Origin: a virus
Strand: one strand, 5' to 3'
Length of the DNA: 64,000 nucleotides
IMG/VR virus record: IMGVR_UViG_3300036770_007034
Span: 23,060 to 87,059 of that record
Under the pieces are notes generated by a model that was given only the letters and a program-made list of their open reading frames with translations, was not told the DNA's origin and ran no database searches. Below, in pieces: positions 40,723 through 50,331 of this stretch. Numbering within the stretch: position 1 is the stretch's first letter; every line of letters starts with the position of its first letter. The translations under genes and the position numbers were made by a program.

Positions 40723-42328
40723 GTTTGACGTTTTTTACCTAAACAAACCCACTGGATTATTTCCACATGAGCGATCTGCTGACAGCATCGAGCATGCCTG
40801 TGAAATGTCGCGCACGAGATACTTATGGGTAGTAGACGGTCATAATGACTATTCTCGGCACGACTGGTTGTGGGAACCTGTGCCATGGGAAGGTGAGCAG
40901 ACACACGTATGGCCCAGCCAGCATCAAGAGAATGGCGGCACATATCTTGTACCCAAATCTGGTATGAAAGACGTCAACAGATCTCATCCTGTGATTACAC
41001 GTCGAGATCATCCTCTCATTATAGGTATAGATCACGGAGATGGATTGACTGTTGATTGTGATGTGCGTACTAGATTTATATCTGACTATCTAGGAACACT
41101 CCGACGTGTGTTGGCCAAAGTAGATGCAGAATATGTTTGGGTAGTGAGTTCGGTTTGCGATTACAGTGGATTTGATTTCACTTGGCATTCCAGCGAATGG
41201 CAACTGGACATGCTCCATGTGTTTCCAAGCGCAGAACAAAAGTTTGGCGATACGTTCTACATACATGTACCCAGCTTCCTTGAGAAAAGCGAAAATCTGG
41301 CACTCCTGGAATGGTTTGATACCATCCACTTCGTAGAAGACATCCGAGTGCCCAGGCGCACTCCACCAGTGTATGCGCATCAACATGACACGCAGGTACC
41401 AGCAGTATGGGAATACGATTTCCGTAGTCCTGTGGCACAGTTTGCCATAGACGGTCCACTCAATCGCATGCCCGCGATCAACCTATGGCGCCAAGAAACT
41501 CGGGCCATAGTTCCACTCACTCCTGGTGCCAGCAATGTATTGGTACCCAGGGAAGCCAAGAACTTCCTCAAGACACAGCTCTATGATTATCCGGTGATAG
41601 ACAAGAGCCATCGAGGTTGGGGGCAGGATCGTGTGCAGGACATAGTGTTCATCAGCAACGGTGAGACCAATGCCGACCGAAACTGGCAATGGTTGAAAGA
41701 AACTGTACAGGCCAAGATGCACGGTAATCGCATCGTGCGCATAGATGGAGTGAATGGCCGTGCTGCCGCATACAAAGCCGCGCTAGAAGCTAGTAATACT
41801 GACTGGGCATTCTGTGTGTTTGCCAAGCTACAAGTAGAACCCACTTTTGATTGGTCGTGGCAACCTGACAGGATGCAGGCTCCCAAACACTATATCTTCC
41901 ATGCCAAGAATCCTGTGAATGGATTGGTGTATGGACACATGGCCATGATCGCCTACAACAAAAAGCTCACTCTGGAGAATCGAGCCGAAGGTCTGGACTT
42001 TACGCTGGACCAAGCACACGAAGTAGTACCCTTGTTATCTGGCACAGCCTGGTACGCAGACAGTCCATGGATGGCTTGGCGTACAGCATTCCGCGAAGCA
42101 CTGAAACTCAGACATAGTCTACCCGATGTGGAAAATGAATACAGACTCAACCAATGGTTGAAAGAAAATGACAACGACGACTATGCGAAATGGAGTCATC
42201 TCGGTGCCCAGGATGCCATGGAATACTACGATGATGTCGACGGTGATTTCGCGGCGCTGAAGAAGAGCTACGAATGGTCGTGGTTGGCTAGCTACGCTTT
42301 GTTGAAGCGAAATCTGACAGCTGACTAA
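40721..42328 (+). CDS. Multidomain GT-A-like protein; C-terminal domain homologous to 24628-25557
   Basis: Two N-terminal repeats (YLWVV/YVWVV...W-x-P/S-x-x-W...HVWP/HVFP) plus DIVFISNGE...RIDGVNG...NGLVYGH...AWRTAFRE. Confidence 0.55.
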   Translation: MFDVFYLNKPTGLFPHERSADSIEHACEMSRTRYLWVVDGHNDYSRHDWLWEPVPWEGEQTHVWPSQHQENGGTYLVPKSGMKDVNRSHPVITRRDHPLIIGIDHGDGLTVDCDVRTRFISDYLGTLRRVLAKVDAEYVWVVSSVCDYSGFDFTWHSSEWQLDMLHVFPSAEQKFGDTFYIHVPSFLEKSENLALLEWFDTIHFVEDIRVPRRTPPVYAHQHDTQVPAVWEYDFRSPVAQFAIDGPLNRMPAINLWRQETRAIVPLTPGASNVLVPREAKNFLKTQLYDYPVIDKSHRGWGQDRVQDIVFISNGETNADRNWQWLKETVQAKMHGNRIVRIDGVNGRAAAYKAALEASNTDWAFCVFAKLQVEPTFDWSWQPDRMQAPKHYIFHAKNPVNGLVYGHMAMIAYNKKLTLENRAEGLDFTLDQAHEVVPLLSGTAWYADSPWMAWRTAFREALKLRHSLPDVENEYRLNQWLKENDNDDYAKWSHLGAQDAMEYYDDVDGDFAALKKSYEWSWLASYALLKRNLTAD

Positions 42329-42969
42329 TTTCTACTGTGCTCTTGAAGCCCTTGAGGGTAAGGATATTTTTCTGGATTGGTACTGCTTCCTTGTTTTTCT
42401 CTTAGAGAAATGACCGGAGTATTGATGTAGCCCCAATCTAAAATATTAGATGCGATAAGTTTATCATTGTATTTTGGCCCAGCTGATTTGCAATGATCTA
42501 TCATTTTCTTTGCACCTGATGTAGATAACCAATAGCCGAATGCGCCTGGCGACCATCTGCCTAATGTGTCGTGTTCTTTACATGCTCGAGGCGCATGCAA
42601 TTTCACGACGTCTAGATTCGTGGATATCGTTATCATTGGAGATAATATATTGGCATCATCTTCGAGTACTACGATTGGTTGATTAGTGTCAACACATTTA
42701 TTCCATAAAATGTAATGACTCAAGAAGCATCCCAATGCCCCGGGCTTGTCTCCAAATTTTCCTTTACCATTGGATTTTTTTGGAATCTGTAATCCATATT
42801 CCTGCCAGATAGATTCATTCATCGTATACCCATCTATAGCATCGAATACTTCCAGGTCCCATCCAAATTTCTTAGCAAATCCTAGGGTCCTTGACAATTT
42901 TACTTTAGCAACTGATTGATGTTGACCGCTGCCGGATTTGGCCAAAGAGATCACATAAGTTTTATACAC
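42325..42969 (-). CDS. Glycosyltransferase family 25-like
   Basis: YVISL, FDAIDG, GALGCFLSHY and VVLEDDA; start uncertain (GTG 42969 or ATG 42990/43005). Confidence 0.8.
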   Translation of the reverse strand: MYKTYVISLAKSGSGQHQSVAKVKLSRTLGFAKKFGWDLEVFDAIDGYTMNESIWQEYGLQIPKKSNGKGKFGDKPGALGCFLSHYILWNKCVDTNQPIVVLEDDANILSPMITISTNLDVVKLHAPRACKEHDTLGRWSPGAFGYWLSTSGAKKMIDHCKSAGPKYNDKLIASNILDWGYINTPVISLREKQGSSTNPEKYPYPQGLQEHSRN

Positions 42970-44059
42970 AATCGAGAACCTGATCGATGACATATTCAAC
43001 TTCAAGATCTGTGAGTTCTGGATAGAACGGCAGACTCAACACACGTCGGCTCAGTGCCGAAGCACAACTCAACAACCCTGGACCATCATATTGTCGGAAA
43101 CTGCCCACTTCGTGTAGAGGTTGTGTGTAATGTATCTTGGTTTCAATCTTGCGTACATTCAATGCCTGTTGTAGTTCATCTCTGCGATCGGTCTCGATCA
43201 CGAACTTGTGATAAGCATGATCGTGTTCATTGTCGTCATTGATCAATGCACGGATGCCAGATCCTTTGAGCCTTTCTCTCCAGTGATCTGATATCTTCCT
43301 GCGCCGTTCCTGCCACTGATCGATGTAGCGTGTCTTGACCATCATATGAGCGCAATCTAGTTCGCTCATCCTGTTGTTTGTTCCAGGATAGATATAATCA
43401 GGCTTACCGTTGTCTTTCCATCCTCGGGCAAAGTGTGCTAATGCCATATCATCAGTCAGCACGGCACCTCCGTTGCCATAGGCTGGAAGATTCTTCATGG
43501 GGTCAAAGCTCACAGCGGCAGCTCGACCGATACGCACATAGTCTGCGGCTAACCAATGTTGTGCGGCATCTTCGATCACGATGAGATCATTCTTGACCAT
43601 GCGTTGCCACCATTTGGTATCACCGTGATGTGTGATGCTGGCACCGTATAATCCCACTATCACTGCGGCCTGGAAACTCATTCCTTCGGGTATAGCATTG
43701 ACGTTTAGTATACCTTGTGGATCTACATCTACAAAGTAGATATCCCACCCGGCTCGCATGAAAGCATTGGCAGTGGCCGCATATGTGAGACTGGGTATCA
43801 ATACTCTGGGAGGTCTAGGCAGATGCTCATGATGTTTGTAGAACTCTGCGATGATTTCTAATGCCGATGTTCCCGAATGACAGGTCACAGCATACTTGAC
43901 ATTGTTGCGTTTTGACAACCAGTTCTCAAATTCAGCAGTCCAGTTTCCATTCATGAGATTACCCGAACGCAACACCTCATCGGTAGCGTCTAGGATCTCA
44001 GTACGGAGATTGTTATACTGTTTTTTGAGACCAGTAAACGGAATGCTCAAGCCAGTCAT
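42962..44059 (-). CDS. DegT/DnrJ/EryC1/StrS PLP-dependent sugar aminotransferase
   Basis: SGTSALE, IEDAAQ, SFDPMKNLPAYGNGGA, NNRMSE and LSLPFYP. Confidence 0.92.
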   Translation of the reverse strand: MTGLSIPFTGLKKQYNNLRTEILDATDEVLRSGNLMNGNWTAEFENWLSKRNNVKYAVTCHSGTSALEIIAEFYKHHEHLPRPPRVLIPSLTYAATANAFMRAGWDIYFVDVDPQGILNVNAIPEGMSFQAAVIVGLYGASITHHGDTKWWQRMVKNDLIVIEDAAQHWLAADYVRIGRAAAVSFDPMKNLPAYGNGGAVLTDDMALAHFARGWKDNGKPDYIYPGTNNRMSELDCAHMMVKTRYIDQWQERRRKISDHWRERLKGSGIRALINDDNEHDHAYHKFVIETDRRDELQQALNVRKIETKIHYTQPLHEVGSFRQYDGPGLLSCASALSRRVLSLPFYPELTDLEVEYVIDQVLDCV

Positions 44060-44999
44060 AGTACCTCTTGAATCCTTCTTCAATATCTACTTTGGGATCA
44101 AAATCAAGATCGCGACGTGCCGCATCGATGTTTAGCGCACCACGGCTTGGAAAGTCAACGTCTTTATCTCGGATTTCTACTGTACCTCGTCCTACTATCT
44201 TCACTGCTAGATTGGCTGCATCCAGCAAGCTCCAACTATGACTCTTGGTTATGTTATAGGTATTATTGTTTGCTGATCCATTGAGAGCGGCTGCCACGAT
44301 ACCATCTGCGGCATCTTCTACATAGGTGAAGTCTAGCGTTTCGGCAGCTCCGTTTACTTTCAGTGTACCACCGCGCAGCGCGGTGAGCAGGAACTTAGAG
44401 ATCACTCGATCTTCTACATCAAGTTCTCCGTACACAGCACTGGGCCGGATAATCACATGATCGAAACAACCGCGGCGTGTGTAATCACGCACTAACCACT
44501 CACCGGCCAACTTCATTATACCATATTGTCCTTGTGGTCGGCACTCAGCATCTTCTTTGACATCGTCAGTGAAATCACCGTAAACCATGCTGGAACTGAT
44601 GTAGATGAATTTACATACTTGATTTTTCTTTGAGGCTTCTAATAGATTGAGCAAGCCTTCACTCATGGCACGACTACCAGCCATGGGATTCACATTGACT
44701 ACTTTCTGTCTAGGAAAGCTGGCCATGTGTATGATAGTGTCAGGCTGATAGTGTTTCAGTAACCAATCTATTCCATCCTCGTCATCAATGTCGATGCGAT
44801 GTGTACGCAGTTCGACTTCGGGGATTTTCTTCATGCGCTCGGTCATGAGATAATCTAGTTCATCTTGCGGCACTAGTCCGTAGTTGGTTCTAGTATCTGT
44901 GATTGAGACTTCATGTCCATGGTCGAGCAATCTACGGACCACATTGTGTCCGATAAGACCTAGTCCACCTGTGACTAGGATTTTTCTTGGTTGGGCCAT
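44013..44999 (-). CDS. NAD-dependent epimerase/dehydratase (extended SDR)
   Basis: LVTGGLGLIG, YISSSMVYG, YGIMK (YxxxK) and DFTYVED. Confidence 0.92.
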   Translation of the reverse strand: MAQPRKILVTGGLGLIGHNVVRRLLDHGHEVSITDTRTNYGLVPQDELDYLMTERMKKIPEVELRTHRIDIDDEDGIDWLLKHYQPDTIIHMASFPRQKVVNVNPMAGSRAMSEGLLNLLEASKKNQVCKFIYISSSMVYGDFTDDVKEDAECRPQGQYGIMKLAGEWLVRDYTRRGCFDHVIIRPSAVYGELDVEDRVISKFLLTALRGGTLKVNGAAETLDFTYVEDAADGIVAAALNGSANNNTYNITKSHSWSLLDAANLAVKIVGRGTVEIRDKDVDFPSRGALNIDAARRDLDFDPKVDIEEGFKRYYDWLEHSVYWSQKTV

Positions 45000-45226
45000 C
45001 TTAGATAATACTCCGTAACTTTGCGTGGATCTCTGATCTCACCTCTTATAACCACTCGATGTCCCCACGTGTGTTCATCGGGCCTAGTATGAAAAGTGAG
45101 ATTATGTGCATTTTCCATCACCCATTTGCCATGTTCTGTCTGTTGCCATTCGTGTATAGGCTGGGCGGCATAGATTTCTACGTCGTCTACATCGCCCATA
45201 GTAAAGGTATGGAAATTGATCTTCAC
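44975..45226 (-). CDS. Small hypothetical protein
   Basis: 83 aa with a GTG start just after a sigma70-like promoter. Confidence 0.6.
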   Translation of the reverse strand: MKINFHTFTMGDVDDVEIYAAQPIHEWQQTEHGKWVMENAHNLTFHTRPDEHTWGHRVVIRGEIRDPRKVTEYYLRWPNQEKS

Positions 45227-45232
45227 TGCTGT

Positions 45233-45261
45233 ATTTTAGCAGAGTTACGAGGTTTGGTCAA
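45233..45261 (-). promoter_or_regulatory. Sigma70-like promoter TTGACC-N17-TAAAAT
   Basis: Exact 17-nt spacer and TG extended -10; embedded in the thyX 3' end. Confidence 0.7.
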
Positions 45262-45919
45262 CAAATTCCGAAGACATCGGAAAGATATTGGCTATAACAT
45301 GAGCACAAGCTCGAGCGATCTCCCTATGCTCTTTCTGTGTACCATTGGCGCTACGGAGCTCGATGAAGTGTACCCAACTACGCAAGGTGCCGTTCATATA
45401 GAGACGGCTTTCGATCAAGCCCTCGGGCAATACAGCCCGGGCCTGCTCTTTGGCTATGCCATTAGCGATAGCCCACTCGTACTCTTTTCGTGCGGCAAAG
45501 ATGACTCGCTTTTGAGCTCGCTCCCATTCGATCTGTAGCATTCGATCATCCGTCTCGACGCTGTTCTGTCGGTTCTTGGAGTCTTGAAGTCGTGCTTCTC
45601 TAACCACGAACGAGAGGTCTTCAACTGGGTTAGCATATCGCTGACTGAACTCTTGGAAACTGAAAGAGCGATGTCGTAGGATTTGGCGGGCGATATCTCG
45701 GGTGGTTCGTATTTCCACGCAGGCTGAGACCATTTCAAGTGGCGACCAGTGTGCGTGTTTGACCAAGTATCTGATGAGTTTGTCTGACGTCTCTGTGTTG
45801 AGTTGATTGGCAGGATTGCTGACACGGGCGCAATACGCGATGAGTTCCTGCGCATCTGCGATGCCCATGTCTCTAAATTCACCAGTGGGTTGGCTGTAGG
45901 ATACCAAGCGAACATCCAT
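45245..45919 (-). CDS. thyX: Flavin-dependent thymidylate synthase
   Basis: HWSPLE, RQILRHRSFSFQEFSQRY (RHRX7S), KEQARAVLP and TQKEHR. Confidence 0.97.
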   Translation of the reverse strand: MDVRLVSYSQPTGEFRDMGIADAQELIAYCARVSNPANQLNTETSDKLIRYLVKHAHWSPLEMVSACVEIRTTRDIARQILRHRSFSFQEFSQRYANPVEDLSFVVREARLQDSKNRQNSVETDDRMLQIEWERAQKRVIFAARKEYEWAIANGIAKEQARAVLPEGLIESRLYMNGTLRSWVHFIELRSANGTQKEHREIARACAHVIANIFPMSSEFVDQTS

Positions 45920-45921
45920 GT

Positions 45922-46230
45922 TTATCCTTTGAGTTTGTTTAGAAAATGATCGGTGATAGGCTGTACATGCTGGGCCACGGAGCGTACATCGATAACGAAA
46001 TCAATATTCACTATAGATCTTCCTAGCTCGTTCATGGTGCGAGATACCACTGACTCTATTTCTTCAATGTCAAGACCATTCCTGCGCAGGGTTTCGAGAT
46101 TGATGGTCTTCTGGCGGTTGCCACGGAGTTTGAATACGACTTTTTTTACGCAGTCGATGGGGATGTTTTCTTTATCAACGCTAGAGACAACATCCTCCCA
46201 TTTTTCTATTTCATCAACCCTGAGCTGCAT
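45922..46230 (-). CDS. Hypothetical protein
   Basis: ATG 46230 with AAGGTGG upstream; coupled to neighbours. Confidence 0.6.
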   Translation of the reverse strand: MQLRVDEIEKWEDVVSSVDKENIPIDCVKKVVFKLRGNRQKTINLETLRRNGLDIEEIESVVSRTMNELGRSIVNIDFVIDVRSVAQHVQPITDHFLNKLKG

Positions 46231-46921
46231 CCGCCACCTTCGCTTTCGCTGGACGACCACGCTTAGACGTGGTAGAGGTGGGGGTGGCAGTTTCGCCGGC
46301 CATGGCGGCAGCCTCTTTCATAAGGCGCTCACTTTCTGCAAGCAATCCTTTTGCTTCGGCAGCCATCTTTGCGGCTTGTTGTTTAAAATTCTCTGCCAAG
46401 GCAGCATCATCTAGTGCGCGAGCGGCATCGCTACCGGCTACATAAGAACGATTGCGATTGTCCACGGGCGCACCAACTTCGCGACCAAAGTCATCGCGAC
46501 GGCGTGCTTTGCCTGTGAGGCCTGAATCTGCATCCAGTCGGGCCAGTTTCTCGATAGCCTGTTCGCCTTCCTTCATCTGGCGAAGGATGTCATTCAGCTC
46601 ACTGAGCTTCACGGTGGCGTTGGGTGTGGGTGTAACTACCACGGTTTCGGTCTGCACTTTCTTGATCATACCTTCGGTGTGCAAGGCTACCAGCATGGGA
46701 CGACCATCTGGAAACATAGCACGGTGGATAGCATCACCAAGATTATCAGATGCTTGCGCTTCAGGCGTCTCAATGGCCTTCATTAGAGCATCATGCAGAT
46801 GGCTCGGTAGCACATCTGGGTATACTACCAGGCACATGTGATCTTCATTGGGTACTTCACGGAATACGATGGCAACCCGGCGGTCGCCTTGTTTTCCTAC
46901 GTGTTTGATGAACATTGTCAT
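46214..46921 (-). CDS. Hypothetical protein with C-terminal coiled coil and KRGRP (AT-hook-like) motif
   Basis: 235 aa with AGGAG SD. Confidence 0.7.
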   Translation of the reverse strand: MTMFIKHVGKQGDRRVAIVFREVPNEDHMCLVVYPDVLPSHLHDALMKAIETPEAQASDNLGDAIHRAMFPDGRPMLVALHTEGMIKKVQTETVVVTPTPNATVKLSELNDILRQMKEGEQAIEKLARLDADSGLTGKARRRDDFGREVGAPVDNRNRSYVAGSDAARALDDAALAENFKQQAAKMAAEAKGLLAESERLMKEAAAMAGETATPTSTTSKRGRPAKAKVADAAQG

Positions 46922-47121
46922 TCTCCTTGTGTTTGGGGGCTTTCACCGGTGTTTTCGGCACTGGCGGTCATCTGTGCTAACCAAGCAGTGAGTCGGTCAT
47001 AACAACCGCCCACGTTGGACATCTCTTCGGCCCTGAAAGCCCCACGCTCGCAGGCCACTGACACGGCATTCTTGAGAATGATGAGATCCGACAGAGATAG
47101 ATTCACGGTTTGATTTTCCAT
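46918..47121 (-). CDS. Small hypothetical protein (CERGAFRAEEM motif)
   Basis: 67 aa preceded by GTAAATA; ATGA-coupled. Confidence 0.65.
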   Translation of the reverse strand: MENQTVNLSLSDLIILKNAVSVACERGAFRAEEMSNVGGCYDRLTAWLAQMTASAENTGESPQTQGE

Positions 47122-47167
47122 GCATTTATTTACGCCGTGAGAAGATATCTACGCATATTATCGCCAC

Positions 47168-47196
47168 AAAAAAACCGCCTTAGCGGCGGTTTTCTT
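47168..47196 (-). terminator. Rho-independent terminator after the VWA gene
   Basis: Minus strand AAAACCGCC-GCTAA-GGCGGTTTTTTT. Confidence 0.85.
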
Positions 47197-47223
47197 GTAG
47201 GGTATGGAATCGATTTAGCCGAA

Positions 47224-48501
47224 TTATGCCTGCTCTTCGTATAATGCCCAAGTACCAAAGGGCGGATTAGGATTACGATCACCATGGATGATCCATACCG
47301 TGTCGCAATAGTGTTCATCGCCCCACGACCCAAACGGATAACCGTCTGTGAACACTACCAGGCGCTTGGGTTCGATCTGTTCATCCTTGAGATGATGGAA
47401 TATAGCATCAAAGTCGGTACCGCCGCCGCCCTGGAGATCATACTCAAGTATGGAATCCAAGTTGTCGGAATTGAAATCCTGTGGGTTATACACTTGGGTA
47501 TCGAACGTGAACAGGTGGATACGATAACTGTCAAATGCCTCCATGATGCCTCGGACTTCGCTCAGGAAGTCTCGACCCTGTATATCAGAGATCGAACCAC
47601 TCATGTCGATAGCGATAGCAATATCAATGGCTTCGGTATTGCGCATACCTGGCATGACTGCATCCATGTGCCATCCGCGACGGCTGGTCTTCATCCAGGT
47701 ATAATCACTCTTGATCGTTGACTCCAATTGCATTCGGAGCAGTTCGCGCCAGTTCATCTTGGGATCAGTGAGATCCTGGATCATGCGTTTCACGCCAGCT
47801 GGAATATTGCCTGCATCACTTGCCTGTGCCGCGGCTAGCATGGCTTCCTTGATCTCGTCCTTGATCTTCTGGCGCTCTTCGGCACTGAGCTTGGGACGGC
47901 CTTTACCATTTTTGCCATCACCATCGCCCTCGCCTTGGCTATCGCCATCCAAGTGCTCGTCTAACACTCGATCTAAGAGATCTGCAAGACTGATCTTTTC
48001 GGCGTTCTCATAGAGATCGTCATAGACTTCTTCGGAACTCTTGCCTTCGTATTTCTGATCATAAAGGCAAGGCACTGACGTGATGAACTCGCCCACACGG
48101 TGTTTCTTGAGATCGCCGTTGACACAAAAGTCATTGGCGATGTTCCAGAGTTGAGGATCGCGATCTCCTCTGCGACCAAAGTGGTCATACACACAATGCA
48201 AAACCTCGTGTCCAAACAGGAACTCAATCTCTTTGGGTTTCAGCATCTCGATGAAACGAGTATTGTAATAGAAGTGGCGACCATCTGTAGCGGCCGTGGA
48301 GCACCATTCATCGGCATTGATCAGTTTGAGTCGGGTAGCCAGGTTGCCAAAGAAACTGGCACGGAGCAACAGACCCACACGGGCGGTGACCAATTTTTCA
48401 CGAACCACGCGATCCAGTTTGGGATCGGTGGGGCCCAAGAGATCAGCGAACTTTTTGGCGTCGTCTTTGTTCTGGGTATTAGCGGCAGTTGCAGTTGTCA
48501 T
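47224..48501 (-). CDS. Metallopeptidase-VWA domain protein (DUF2201-like)
   Basis: TAATDG, GHEVLH (HExxH), IDMSGS (MIDAS), GGGGTDF and FTDG. Confidence 0.88.
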   Translation of the reverse strand: MTTATAANTQNKDDAKKFADLLGPTDPKLDRVVREKLVTARVGLLLRASFFGNLATRLKLINADEWCSTAATDGRHFYYNTRFIEMLKPKEIEFLFGHEVLHCVYDHFGRRGDRDPQLWNIANDFCVNGDLKKHRVGEFITSVPCLYDQKYEGKSSEEVYDDLYENAEKISLADLLDRVLDEHLDGDSQGEGDGDGKNGKGRPKLSAEERQKIKDEIKEAMLAAAQASDAGNIPAGVKRMIQDLTDPKMNWRELLRMQLESTIKSDYTWMKTSRRGWHMDAVMPGMRNTEAIDIAIAIDMSGSISDIQGRDFLSEVRGIMEAFDSYRIHLFTFDTQVYNPQDFNSDNLDSILEYDLQGGGGTDFDAIFHHLKDEQIEPKRLVVFTDGYPFGSWGDEHYCDTVWIIHGDRNPNPPFGTWALYEEQA

Positions 48502-48524
48502 GGATTCTCCTAACTATATCTATT

Positions 48525-48553
48525 ATTATACCGTTTTTGCATTTATTGGTCAA
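48525..48553 (-). promoter_or_regulatory. Early sigma70-like promoter GG-TTGACC-AATAA..N17..TATAAT
   Basis: Consensus -10 with 17-nt spacer; upstream of AGGAG SD and the VWA gene. Confidence 0.85.
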
Positions 48554-48896
48554 CCGGGTATTTCAGCTGGAAAAGCGTGAGTTCTTGCGGGCTTTTCACG
48601 TAGATACGCAGGTCATCATATCCGTTGGTCCATGACCAGTAAGGATTCACAGCACCGGGCATTTCGGGCAAAGGGTTGGCTCCGACGTACATGTAAGGAT
48701 TAGAGTAATGTTTCTGGATATCCGACCACAAGCGTATTTCGGCACTCCAGCCATAGGTGTCAAAAAAGTATTGTTGGGCGACGGAAAAATTCTGCGGCCC
48801 TTTCCAATTGGTCATGCGATTGGAAAAGATTATGGCATATTCAAAATGCTGACGGTAGCTCCACCGTCCATCGAGTCGGACTATCTTGTATTTCAT
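48543..48896 (-). CDS. Small hypothetical protein (C-terminal FQLKY)
   Basis: 117 aa; ATGA-coupled. Confidence 0.6.
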   Translation of the reverse strand: MKYKIVRLDGRWSYRQHFEYAIIFSNRMTNWKGPQNFSVAQQYFFDTYGWSAEIRLWSDIQKHYSNPYMYVGANPLPEMPGAVNPYWSWTNGYDDLRIYVKSPQELTLFQLKYPVDQ

Positions 48897-49126
48897 CTTG
48901 AGTATTTAAGCCCGAATATCATGGCATCATTGGGATCGCGGAAAAAGAACTCCAATACCCAGACATTGTCATCTATGGTACCTATGTCAGGGCTACGATA
49001 GTACCACCGACCCTTGTCTCGTCCGAAATCTCGATAGACTTGGACTAGGAATTCTTGTACATCGTCGTGATCGTAGGGATCGAAAGTGATCCGTACGCTG
49101 TGAAAAGGTAGGGTGGGATCCGACAT
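48893..49126 (-). CDS. Small hypothetical protein (C-terminal FGLKY)
   Basis: 77 aa between the AAA gene and 48543-48896. Confidence 0.6.
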   Translation of the reverse strand: MSDPTLPFHSVRITFDPYDHDDVQEFLVQVYRDFGRDKGRWYYRSPDIGTIDDNVWVLEFFFRDPNDAMIFGLKYSR

Positions 49127-49168
49127 AGCCCTATGTCCCTCTCGGTATGGACCCCACCCTGTTGACTC

Positions 49169-50263
49169 TTAGGAGTTCTGAGAGGCTTGCAGGATGTACT
49201 TGCCGTACCGCTGATGGAACTCATCAAAGTTCTTGAGCTTGGTAGGCTGGAACGGCAGATTGTACGTGGTAAGCGCGATACGAGCACCCATCACCACAAG
49301 CTCAGTCTCAAAGTTATCCATCATGTAGCGGAAGAAATTATCCGACATAGAGTGGAACTCAGTGTCCTTGACCTTGCGCTCGATGGCATTCTTGAGCTCG
49401 TAGCACATGGAGATCACTAGGCTGTACATGGCTGAAACTTCTTTGACCTGTAGGTCCTTGACTTTGCCACTGAGGATCTCTTCGGGCTTGGGCATCTTGC
49501 TGGCGATCTTACGATGCGCCTGGAACTTCACTGCCAAGCCCTCGCCTACAGCACCCGCCACAAGATCGGTCAGAGTGTTCTCGTCGGTATCTTCGTCTTC
49601 CAACAGCTCGCTGACGAAAGTCCAAGAGCGTGGAGTAGCGAAAGAGCGGCTGGCACTCTTGGCATCGAAGTCGTAGAGGTCCTGCTTGGCGAAACTGAGA
49701 TAGCCAACCACGTCTTTATGAATGCCATTGTTCACGGCCCATTCTTGCCACACCGGAAAGTCTACTCGCATCTCCAAGTGTACGAAGCGGTTAGCCAGCG
49801 GAGTTGGCATGCGATATGTGACACCTTTATCGCTCTCGCGGTTGCCCGCGGCGATCATGACCACATTATCGGGTAGAACATACTTGCCCACACGACGGTT
49901 CAGCACCAGCTGATAGGCCGCACTCTGCACAGCCGGGGGAGCCGAATTCATCTCGTCCATGAACAAGACTACGATAGGATACTGGCTAGCAGTCTCTTCG
50001 TCGGGCAGTTCCACAGGAGGAGCCCAGTCCATTTTGCCGATCTCTTTGTTATAGAACGGGATACCACGGATGTCAGTTGGGTCCATCTGGCCGAGGCGCA
50101 GGTCGATCATCAACCCACCCAGGCTTTCAGTGATACCGGCAACCACTTCGGATTTACCGATGCCGGGAGGACCCCACAGGAACAACGGACGCTTCTTGGC
50201 GAAGCACTTCATGATCGATTTGCGGGCACCAACCGCGGTTACGGTGCGATGTTCTACGGACAT
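49169..50263 (-). CDS. MoxR/AAA_5-type AAA+ ATPase
   Basis: Walker A GPPGIGKS, Walker B LFMDE, AAGN and PLANRF. Confidence 0.92.
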   Translation of the reverse strand: MSVEHRTVTAVGARKSIMKCFAKKRPLFLWGPPGIGKSEVVAGITESLGGLMIDLRLGQMDPTDIRGIPFYNKEIGKMDWAPPVELPDEETASQYPIVVLFMDEMNSAPPAVQSAAYQLVLNRRVGKYVLPDNVVMIAAGNRESDKGVTYRMPTPLANRFVHLEMRVDFPVWQEWAVNNGIHKDVVGYLSFAKQDLYDFDAKSASRSFATPRSWTFVSELLEDEDTDENTLTDLVAGAVGEGLAVKFQAHRKIASKMPKPEEILSGKVKDLQVKEVSAMYSLVISMCYELKNAIERKVKDTEFHSMSDNFFRYMMDNFETELVVMGARIALTTYNLPFQPTKLKNFDEFHQRYGKYILQASQNS

Positions 50264-50301
50264 AGGGCTCTTCCTTTTGGTTGTTTACTTACTGTTCTAT
50301 T

Positions 50302-50330
50302 ATTGTAAGATATCTGGGTTTATTGGTCAA
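50302..50330 (-). promoter_or_regulatory. Early sigma70-like promoter TTGACC-N17-TACAAT
   Basis: Same GGTTGACCAATAA start as 48553. Confidence 0.8.
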
Positions 50331-50331
50331 C

